This document shows, in pieces, positions 53,901 through 64,000 of a DNA stretch of 64,000 nt. Position 1 is the stretch's first letter, and every line of letters starts with the position of its first letter. The position numbers and the translations under genes were made by a program. Location: assembly GCA_051453625.1 (NCBI GenBank), contig JBOZIK010000001.1, forward strand, positions 34,715,539 through 34,779,538, given 5' to 3'. The DNA comes from Welwitschia mirabilis. Taxonomy: Eukaryota. The notes beneath the pieces were generated by a model. That model was given only the letters and a program-made list of their open reading frames with translations, had not been told where the DNA came from and made no database searches.

Positions 53901-55472
53901 TAGAAAGTTAATGGGCATAGGTTAGAATTATTCGAGCAACTGTCTAAATTTTCTCTTAGCTTTTTCCTTTAGAGGCATTATAATATTACTTGATCATCTT
54001 CCAAACATGACTTATATATTTATTTCCATGATTGGTCTTTTAACTTGGGCATTTTCTACTGGTAAGATTGGATTCACCCAATTTTGAAACAATCCCACAT
54101 CTATGAACTTCATTTTAAAAGAAGATGCTTTATTTTTGATGTTTTTCTCAATGGTGAAAAGGTCTAAGATTGTTTAAGGTTGTTCTTTTCTGTATTCATA
54201 TTTTAAATTCACCTTTCTCTTTGGAGTATTTAATCATGATAAATGTTCTTTTTATTTTTTAAATAAAAATGAAGGAAAAAAAAAGTGAAATAAGGCCGTG
54301 ATGTTTTATATATGCAATAGATCAAAAACATGGTCACCATAACGTCCTATAATAAGTACACTAGGAAATTTTCTTGAGAGGGACCTTTGGCAATGTAATA
54401 TGGTAGCTGTGGAAACTCCACTAGAATGTCAGTTGACCATGCTTCATGGGTCCTTGCTTCTCTAACTGTGGTTGCACTCCTCTCATCATGGATAATAAAA
54501 TAATAAAAGCTTAGAGGCTATGGGATCAGTGGTATCCCTAATATCATCAAAGGCATTGCTTATTTTCTAGACTCTTCATCTTTTCGACATGATCATTTCA
54601 TTTCTTAAGATTTAAGAGTTTGTTTTGAGATGTTGGCAGGTGAGTTCATTTTTGAGCAACTCTTTGGTCTAATCTTTCATTGTTTAAGTATTTCATCTTT
54701 AGCATTATCATAATCACTATGTCATCAAATGGAATTTTTTATACATCAATTCATGCATTTTTATGATTTCTTTCACTGGAATGTATTAGGTTAAAATTTT
54801 AGATAGGTAGGCTATTTTCTTTATGTTGCCTTTTGTTCATTCTTTCTACTTTCTTTTGTTGTTTGTTTAGTTATTTCAAAGTCATTCCCATATTTTTTTA
54901 TTACTTTAGGACTTAAAATTTATGCTTTCCTTACCCATTTTTTAATAAAGAGTTAATTTCTTGCTTGAATAAATAATTTTGTTATGCTTATTTTTAGTTG
55001 CAAATGTTGCGCTTCATCATTTGTCATGACAGAACATTTTCGTTTTCCACTCATTTTTGTCCTATTAGAATATCTCATACATCCATATTTTTTAAATCTG
55101 ATATTTCTTTACTCAGTTTTACACTTAATTTAAAAAATCATCCAAATTTAAACACCCATCATCTACCTGCTCACTATTGTCTGCTTTCTTTGCTTTAATC
55201 CAACACAGAACATATTGTTTTTCTCAAGGGGTGTAGGACCCATTTTCATGGCTGATTTTTTAATTTTTGAGTTATCTCAGAACTTTCATAAGATGTAATT
55301 TTAAAATTTTTACTTCATACACATCATGCATTACATGTTATTTTGTTATAGGATGTGTTTTATAAGCTTGTTTTATAATTTTATATTGATTTTTTGTAAA
55401 ACATATTAGCTCGCATTCGTGGTATTTCACCTAGTTTTTGTCAAGGATTGACAGAGGCTAAGTGGAGGGCTA

Positions 55473-56541
55473 TGTCATGCTACCAATTTGTGATTATTTG
55501 ATGAGGCTGTATGAGTTGTTTTGTAGGACATTTATACAAGTTTAGGTGCAATTCTGGGGATTTTAAAGAATTAATGGAAGATCTCAGAAATGTGCAATAC
55601 TTAACAAGATTTGAGGCATTTATGACACATTCTGATACTCATGGCTATGGAAGAAGATTTCTGATAGAAAAGACTAGCTTCTACTGAATTGGATGATAAA
55701 GAAGACCGTCATCCCCTCTATTGTCCCCATAATATCCAAGAGGATGACACCATTAAATGCTAATGTGAATTGTTGAAACACTAGTGAGTCATCTTTTGTA
55801 ATGAGTTGTCATTTCAATCATCATTCAAATGATAGTCAAGATGACATTAACATTGTAACCAACTCTAATAGCCAACCTTTGATCATTTCGTTTATTTCTT
55901 TTATGTAAGGGAACTCATATTGTAGTGTCTTTTGTTTGTCATTTTCTGGTTTATAACCCTATAAATAAGTACCCCTTTGACTCTCCTCTCTATTTTCGTT
56001 ACACTAAATTCTCATAATAGGAGATCGAAGGGTGGAAGATCCATCTCGAGTGTTACAAAAAGATGTTACCTTGGTGGAGGGTTATGCATACTCCATTGAG
56101 ATCTGGCTATTCTGTAACCTAGATGTTTGGTTCCTTTTAACATAAAACTTTGTTTTTCTTTTGTGCATGTTAGTTTGGTAGATGTTCCTTATGGTTTATG
56201 TTGCTCTTGATCTAGTGATAATTTCTTGGATGATATAGGTCTTAAGAGTGCAGCCTTTGTTAAAGCTAAAAGTAAGTAGTTTACCTTCATTTTGTATTGC
56301 ATTTAGTTAGTCGCATTTTTTCATTTACACTTAATCATTTATTTCCTACATAGTTCTTTAATTTTTGTTACTTTATTGAAAATCAATCCTTACTCTCTTC
56401 TCATAAGTCTTCAATGAGATATGACTTTCGGATTTACTCCTAACTATATTAGTGTATTGTATTTTGTAAAATATCTATTTTTATTTGTGAATGATAGGAT
56501 CTCTTCGTGTATAAATGTTTGCATAAATATGCACCACAATA
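55473..56541 (+). repeat. 3' LTR
   Basis: Runs from TGTCATGCTACC to CACCACAATA, directly after the PPT. TATA-like ctataaata near 55959. Confidence 0.82.
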
Positions 56542-57592
56542 GCTACTAATTTGTATGTTTTTGATGGGATTTTCTGAGCTATTGTATAATACATTTATAC
56601 AGGTTTAGATGCAATTCTGAGGATTTTGGAGAATCAATGAGAGATCTTGGAAATGTGTAATTCTTAGTAAGATTTGAAGTAGTTAAGACACAACCTCATA
56701 CAGATGGATTTTGGAGGAAGATTACGAAAGGAAAAAGCTAGTTTCTTCTCACTTGAATGATAAATAAGACTATCGTTCCCTCTGTCATCCCCACGATAGC
56801 CAGGAGATGATACTATTCATTCCATATTAGATGTTGATGTGGATGCTAAGCTAACACTGTTGAATCTTGTTTTATAAAGAGCCATTGTCTTCTTGGTCGT
56901 CCAGATGATATCTAGAATGACCACTGTAATTGACAGTCAATCCTTGACCATTTCGTCTATTTCTTTTCTATAATGAAGCATATTTTGTAGCATCTTTTGT
57001 GTGTTGGTTCTACTTTATAACCCTATAAATAAGACCTCTTTTCAACTCTCCTCTCTATCTTTGATGCACCAAAAACTCTTGTGATTAAAGATTGAAGGAC
57101 GAGAGACCATCTCATGAGTTGTAGAAAGACATTCCCTTGGTAGAGGGCTATGCATCCTCTATTAAGGCCCGACTATTTTGTAACCCAAATGATAATTCCT
57201 TTTTAATATAAAACTCTATTGGCATTTATGCATCTTAGTTATCAGATGTTTCTTATGATTTATATTGCCCTTGATCTAATGACAATTTTATTGGTGATAT
57301 AGATCTTAAGGGAAGTCTTTGACAAGATTGAAAGAAAGTAGTTTAGATTTAAGGTTTAGTTGCATTTGCATTTACATTGTATCTTTATTTTCTGCATTAT
57401 TCTTTAAGCTCGGTTATTTTATTCTTTGTGAAAATCAATTCTCAAATCTTATCTCATAGTCTTCAATGAGATATGACATTCGAGTTCACTCCCAACTATA
57501 TTACTATGTTGTGTTGTGCAAGATATCTATTTTATTTGTAAATGACAGGATCTTTTTGAGTATAAATATTTAAACAAATATGCATTGCAACG
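56542..57592 (+). repeat. Additional LTR of the same family, directly abutting, missing about the first 6 bp
   Basis: gctactaatttgtatg... matches the LTR from about its 7th base and ends CATTGCAACG. Confidence 0.8.
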
Positions 57593-57708
57593 ATGAGCTA
57601 TAACTATTACGTAGACTTAAATCATCAAAAATTTATTAAGGTCTATTCTAAGCTTTTAAAGACTCAAATCTCTTATTGCATTAGAACATTACCTTTTTCA
57701 ATAATAGC

Positions 57709-57734
57709 TATATATATATATATATATATATATA
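57709..57734. repeat. (TA)n microsatellite running into a gap
   Basis: Read directly from the sequence. Confidence 0.95.
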
Positions 57735-60099
57735 NNNNNNNNNNNNNNNNNNNNNNNNNNNNNNNNNNNNNNNNNNNNNNNNNNNNNNNNNNNNNNNNNN
57801 NNNNNNNNNNNNNNNNNNNNNNNNNNNNNNNNNNAGGGGAAGAGAAGTTAAATCAAGAAATATCAAAAGATATTTTATCACATAATGAATACTATTGTGA
57901 TCCCAAATTATCAGGTTTTATCGGTGTAAATAGCAATGTTTTGTAGCGAATAGGAACTCAATTCAGTCATTTTCAGGCATTTTATTATGAACTAATCTAA
58001 CAAGCTAATATATTTTCATCTAGAAAAGGAAGAATTCAATCCTAGAAAAAGTGGAGTAAAAAGTGGAGGAAAACACTAATAAAGTTATTGCCATCCCCTC
58101 TGTCATCCCCATGACATAGGGCATGATTAAGAGGATGAAGGAATTTGAAGCAGGCTTAAGGAGGCTGATTTGGCAAGGCTGATGTGGCATGCTAATGTGG
58201 ATGTCATGGCAGCCATCATCCCCATAACACAGGNNNNNNNNNNGTCATCCCCACGATGATAGTAACATGATAGTGTCATAACTTCTTCTTAACTAAGTCA
58301 ATTAAGATTTAGTTTATACTTAATGATTCTTCTTCACTTATGCCAATCTATCTGACCTGTAACCACCCTAGAAAAGCTATAAAAACTTTCATTTAGCATC
58401 ATTTAATCATTTTTTTAGCATTGAAGGATTGATGACAAAGGCATCCAAGGAGTTAAGGGTCCATTTCAGCATAGGAGAGATTGATATTGGTGATTAAGCT
58501 CTGCTTCGAACATTGAGGAGTCACTACCTTGCTGAGGTAATTGTAAGACATTCCATTCAATTAATAAATTGTCTTTCTTTTTCAAATCTTATGATTTCTC
58601 TTATGGTTTATGTTAAAGTTTAATTAATACTATTTTCTTAGATTAATACTAAATTAGACACAAGTCATAAGGGCTGAGTTAGGTAATAACAACTTAAAAA
58701 TTTGGTTATCATAGGCTTGCATTTCATTTCTCTTTCATAATTTGCATAGCACATTAGAATAGCTACATTGTCAGTTTTTTTTTTCAATTACAAAAACATA
58801 AAATTNNNNNNNNNNNNNNNNNNNNNNNNNNNNNNNNNNNNNNNNNNNNNNNNNNNNNNNNNNNNNNNNNNNNNNNNNNNNNNNNNNNNNNNNNNNNNNN
58901 NNNNNNNNNNNNNNNNNNNNNNNNNNNNNNNNNNNNNNNNNNNNNNNNNNNNNNNNNNNNNNNNNNNNNNNNNNNNNNNNNNNNNNNNNNNNNNNNNNNN
59001 NNNNNNNNNNNNAACAAGCTATTAAGTGCATTTAAATTAAAAGTAAGTGAATTGAATTTATGCCATCATTATTTTTATTTACTTTTAGTTTTTATTGAAT
59101 ACCTATTGGTGCAACCTACTTGCTTTGAGGAGATTACCTAAAGAGATCTACTTGCCTTTTGATCAAAGGCAAGATTATCTCTAAGATTTATCCCTATCCA
59201 AGTAAGAGTATTTACCTTTAGAGGGTAACACATTGTTTTCACTTGTTGTTTATATTGTATACTCTTTTTCATTATAAATTATCTCTTATTTTCCTGTTAA
59301 TTTTTCATGCAATAATTTCCCCTTGCTAGTTCTACCTTCTTATGCTTTGTGTNNNNNNNNNNNNNNNNNNNNNNNNNNNNNNNNNNNNNNNNNNNNNNNN
59401 NNNNNNNNNNNNNNNNNNNNNNNNNNNNNNNNNNNNNNNNNNNNNNNNNNNNCACTTGTTGTTTATATTGTATACCCTTTTTCATTATAAATTATCTCTT
59501 ATTTTCCTGTTCATTTTTCATGCAATAATTTCCCCTTGCTAGTTCTACCTTCTTATGCTTTGTGTAATCTTTTGTGTAATCTAAAAAGATTACCACATAG
59601 CAAGAAGTCTTCCAGTGTATTTTTCTTGGGTCCTAAGTAAAGATTCCAAGAACAAAAATCAATCTTAATAATTGAGTCTACTCCTTGCATTTTAATGTAA
59701 ACCTAGAGATTACCTACAATGATTTTGAGCTAAAAGATTGGAATTTTTAAGTTAAGCAAAGGAATGCCATCAAAATCTAAAGAGAAAAAGGTAGGTTTTC
59801 AAAATGAAAAGTAATTTTTAAAAAAGGCAATTCAAGAAGGTATTCAAATTTATAATTAAAGAACTAGAAGTGAGCAAATTTTTATCTCTTAATTTGATAA
59901 ATCAGATTTACTAGAAGATTGTAATTTACATTATAAAAGTTTTTCATTTTCTGTTGATTCATCTTCTAGAATTTTTAAGTCCCCTTTTGAAACAAAACTA
60001 CCTCTTCTGTTACAAGTTCTTCTAGGATTAATTTTAATTCTTTTGTAAATAAAGTTTCAACTTCGCATTCTTTAAATAGTAAACATGTAAATAAGAATC

Positions 60100-62840
60100 C
60101 TATAACTCCCATAATGTCTACAATTCTAGTGATTCCCAACCAACTCTCAAGGATAAATATGTACCAAAAATTAGGGAAACTCATAATCATTTCAACCTTC
60201 CTATTGGGGGTAACATAGAAATTAAAAATTTTAATGCCTATCCCTTTTTTGAAGAAACTCATGAAGACCCTTATGAACACATTGCAGCCATTGAACAATT
60301 GATGCTGATGTGTAATGGAAAGAAACCTATAACTTATAGGAATTACATGATAGTATTCCCTTATACATTAAGTGAAAAAGCAAAGAACTAGCTTAAAACT
60401 ATATCCCACAAAAGTCTCAAAACTTGGAAGGATACTAAAGAAAACTTTATTAAATTATTCCTTAGTGGAAACACTTTGAGGTAAAGACATTATGAGGTAA
60501 CAATTTTTCAGTAGAAAGATAATGAGAATTATGCTTTATCTTGGAAAAGATTCCTAATTTTAATTTCAGCTAATCCCATATATGAATTTAAATAAGAAGA
60601 ATTAATTTACCATTTCTACAATGGCCTTACTAGTAAAACAAAACAAATGATAAATCTTTTTTGCGAAGGAAGTTTATTTCAATACACAACTGAAGAAGCA
60701 TGAAAACATTTACAAGACTTAGTTAAACTTAGCTAAGATGGCCTAAGCCTAGAGAAAATAAAACCTTTAAACAATCTTTAAGAAAATCCATCATGTCAAA
60801 CATCAAAAGGAAAAACAAAACCAACTCATGTATGAAAATGAAGATGCTAGTGACAGTCATAGCATACTTGTAAGGATAATGGTTGTTGCAGTGCATATTT
60901 ATGTAATGTTTTAGGCCTTGATCTAAATCTTATTAATTACAAATAAGATACATAAATATAGCACACTAGTATAGTTGGAAGTGAACTGAATGTCATAATT
61001 TTGTCAAAGGCTAAAGTATGGATAATAAAGAGTTGATTTCGAGATAGAAATATGTAACCCTAATATATTAAAATAAAGTGCAATGCATGAAATTAAAATA
61101 GCAATGCAAAACTAATCTATAAAAATAAATAACAATGCACCTAATCTAATTAAGCTTAACCTTGACAAAGGTTGCCCTCATAATCTATGTAATAGAAGAA
61201 ACCTGTCATGAATCTTAAACAACATAAACTATGAGGGAGAGATTCTTGCATATGTTAAACAAAAAGATAATTCATATTAAAAAGCATAAAAAACATCTAT
61301 ATCACAAAGTAGTCGTTCCTTAATGGAGGAAACGCTACACAACAATAAGGTAATGTCTCTCTGGATTACAAGATAGTTCTCCAGTCTTAAGATCTCCTGT
61401 CACAAGCATGTCAGGTACTGTTGAAGATGATTATAGATCGAGGGGGAGACCTTTATTTATAGACAAAAAAGAAAGGGAAACTGATAGAGAAGTAGAGAAG
61501 AAACCCTAGCTAACATGCAAAGTAAAGTTATAAAGAAGTAACAATAACTTAGAAAAACATTCGATAAAGTGTGAGAGAACAGTGTCATCTTTCTGATCAT
61601 CTAGACAAAGGAGGAGACAAAAAGGATTAATAATTGAAACTCTTGGTCTATTCTAGTTTAACTGCTTGTTCGATTGCATGCAAACTATTGTCATCCTGTT
61701 TGAGATATCATCTAATACAAACGTCCGGACAATGAGGTGGACGACCTGCTTATGTCAATATTTAGTCTGTCTGATCAGTTATTATTTGTAGGAATTATTA
61801 TATAAAATATTATTTATCCATATCTACATCAAATGCTTGTAATTTATCTATAAACTGCATGTTTTCATTCTCTTTATCTTGGTTCTTGATTATCAGGAGA
61901 ATTAAGCATTTACCTATTAAGTTATCTATAAAATAACTCATAATACCCTATTAAATACATGTAAGTTAGCGATGCAAAAATGGTAAAATTAATATAAGAG
62001 GTGAAATTAGCAAAAGCCCACATCACATTAACTCTTACTTATAAATTATATGAAGAAAATTACATAGTTAATGAATGCTTATTTTGACCAACTGTGAAGG
62101 AAGTAGTGAGGGAAGAAGTATGCTATGCTAATCAATCAGGTCCTAATTACTACAAAGGACTTTACCATAATGAGAAAAAGTCTTATCATTAAGTAGATTC
62201 TTATTTTGAACCTAAATATAAACCCTCCTTTAAAAAATCATATAATCTAAGATATGGAGGATATAATCAATACAAGGATGATCCAATTAAGAAAGCTATG
62301 ATAGAGATAAGAAGCATCCACGAATAAACATATAAGACTATTGAGCAAACCCAGAAACATATATGAGATTTGGGTAGAATTTGCAATGAATTATGTTAGT
62401 TAACCAAAAAATACAAGACACATTATCTTTCAATACATTGCCTAACCCCAATGATGTAAAGAAAGATTGAAAGGTAGTTACTCGAAAAGGCACTGCTACT
62501 ATACCTGAAGAATCATATATAAGTGATAAAATTAAAACAAAAAAGGATGAAGATGTAGAAATTATTGATGAGATACACTTTTATTTCACTTCCACTTTAA
62601 CAAATAAAAATAAAACACCAAATACAGGAATAAGACATCTTACCCCTTAGTTAGATAGACTCAACTCTAATACAACTTATAGTGAGTATATCAAAACAAT
62701 CAGAAAGGATGTTATGTCATACTCCCATTTTGGAACATACTTCAAGACAACCCTAACTATGCCAAATTATGGAAGGAGCTTTATAGGAGGAAGCAAAAAC
62801 ATGCATTACTAAGTATAGTGCTTTAGCCCAATCTATGGCC
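60100..62840 (+). pseudogene. Gypsy gag, interrupted by a solo LTR
   Basis: HEDPYEHIAAIEQL, IVFPYTLSEKAKN*LKTI, WKRFLILI, FYNGLTSKTKQMI, EEA*KHL. Continues after 61984 with LTPxLDRLN. Confidence 0.85.
60884..61979 (-). mobile_element. Solo LTR with 5-bp target site duplication ATGGT
   Basis: Runs from TGTTGCAGTG to GATGCAAAA, with ATGGT at 60879-60883 and 61980-61984. Homologous to 1-424 and 47475-48557. Confidence 0.88.
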
Positions 62841-62849
62841 AACTTGGTG

Positions 62850-64000
62850 ATGTAAAAATGTTTAAATTTCAAAGATTCAGGGGAAGCAACCATTAGTATG
62901 ACCTTAAAAGAAAACAAAAAGGTTAATTATGCCCTTATTAACATAGGTCCAAGTGTGAACATAATGCCCCTTCATTTTGGATTAGAAAATTAAATTTAGC
63001 CAATAACAATTGTCTTGGGAGTGGTTGATTCAACATTAAGGAAGTTGCTTAGAATTATCAAGGATTTGATTGTCCAAATAGAAGAAGTATACTACCCCAT
63101 TAATGTTATAATTATTAAAATTAATCATAATAGTAGATACTCCTTACTTTTAGGTAGAGCTTTTTGTACTACTTCCCATTGCATTATAGACACTAGAGCT
63201 GGAACTATGCAACTTCATAAAAGTAATAAAAAGAATCAAGTTCAAGTCTTCAATGTAATAATAAAGGACATAAGGGATCCATATTATGAGCTAAGTGAAG
63301 ATGTTAGATCAATAATGTTTATAGCTCATCATTTACTTGAATTAAAGGCCCTTACCCATGAAAAACTAACTCTTTTTAATAATATGAAGGAAGTCTCAAC
63401 AATTTTAGGTAGTCTTAATTCCATAAACTCTTGTGAAATTGATAGTAACATGTAACCTTTGATGAAAAATACGTTTAAGAACATCACCACCTAAGACATT
63501 AAGGAAGTAAAAGCCATGGAGACAACTTTTAATGAGGATTATTATGCTTTTCTAAATAAACATGAAAGAGTCAACTCTAAGATGAATTTCAAGGAGTTTA
63601 AAAAGGGATTGAATTACATTTTTATCAACAATAACCCTAAAAAGCCCTTAATCATTAGTATCCATTTTTACCCCAACGCTGAGCAAGTATTAGTATCACT
63701 TCTCATATCTAAATTTGAAGCTTTTTCTTGAAGTTACAAGGATCTATCTCCTATTCCACCACATATTTTATAACACAAGATATACTTAAAGGACAATCAA
63801 AATTCATAAGAAAACTCAAATAAATTTAAATCTAGGACTAAAACAAGTGATTAAAGATGAGATTATTAAACTTTTAGATGCTGACATCATTTACCCTATT
63901 CGCAATAATGAGTGAGTTAGTCTATTAACTATAGTACCTAAGAAAGATGGTAAGTGAAGAGTATGATAGACTTTGGATGACTTAATAAAGTAACTAAAAA
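62850..64000 (+). pseudogene. Gypsy protease and start of RT, degenerate
   Basis: FKDSGEATISMTL, ALINIGPSVNIMP, LLLGRAFCTTSHCIID, IIKLLDADIIYPI..*VSLLTIVPKKDGK*RV. Confidence 0.88.

Larger units (their letters stand above)
49889..56541 (+). mobile_element. Non-autonomous (pol-less) Athila-like element, about 6.65 kb
   Basis: LTRs at 49889-50966 and 55473-56541, decayed PBS aattgacatcattattgaaaagg, PPT gaggctaagtggagggcta. No PR/RT/RNaseH/IN motif is recognisable inside, and there are no gaps. Confidence 0.78.
57896..64000 (+). mobile_element. Athila-like Ty3/gypsy element, 5' part (probable LTR about 57896-59016, leader, gag, PR, start of RT)
   Basis: LTR-like segment with gtcatcccc motifs and ctataaaa, followed by gag and pol homologous to elements 1 and 2. 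The LTR end and PBS are obscured by a gap. Confidence 0.72.

Noticed and set aside
57593..57598. ATGAGC follows both the LTR ending at 424 and the LTR ending at 57592
   Set aside because: At 425 it is simply the copia RT codons M-S, and the sequence beyond does not match. It is treated as coincidence, not a TSD.

Overview
AT-rich plant genomic DNA with about 25 N-gaps. It consists almost entirely of old, nested, heavily decayed LTR retrotransposons, and I see no intact host gene, RNA gene or CRISPR array. Components in order: (1) a + strand Sirevirus-type Ty1/copia 3' half (RT-RNaseH, extra ORF, multiple PPTs, LTR; 425-4661). (2) A + strand Athila-like Ty3/gypsy (4662-13911). (3) A - strand Sirevirus 3' remnant (about 14622-17680). 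(4) A - strand Athila-like element stretched over 17680-48557 by nested insertions, namely a Tat/Ogre-type gag fragment and a 16.7 kb Sirevirus complex. (5) A further gypsy 3' end, a pol-less Athila-like element (49889-56541), an abutting extra LTR, and a last Athila-like element carrying a solo LTR with a clean TSD. The most interesting structure is the Sirevirus complex (29651-46389). It holds two head-to-tail copies of an element with gag-protease and the extra 'env-like' ORF but no integrase, RT or RNaseH. The two copies share a middle LTR, and the LTR-end/PBS/gag start is tandemly amplified. A related extra ORF occurs in both copia and gypsy elements, in most copies preceded by the CG-palindrome motifs found in the cognate LTR. 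All calls are by eye from motifs and internal comparisons. Pseudogene boundaries are approximate.
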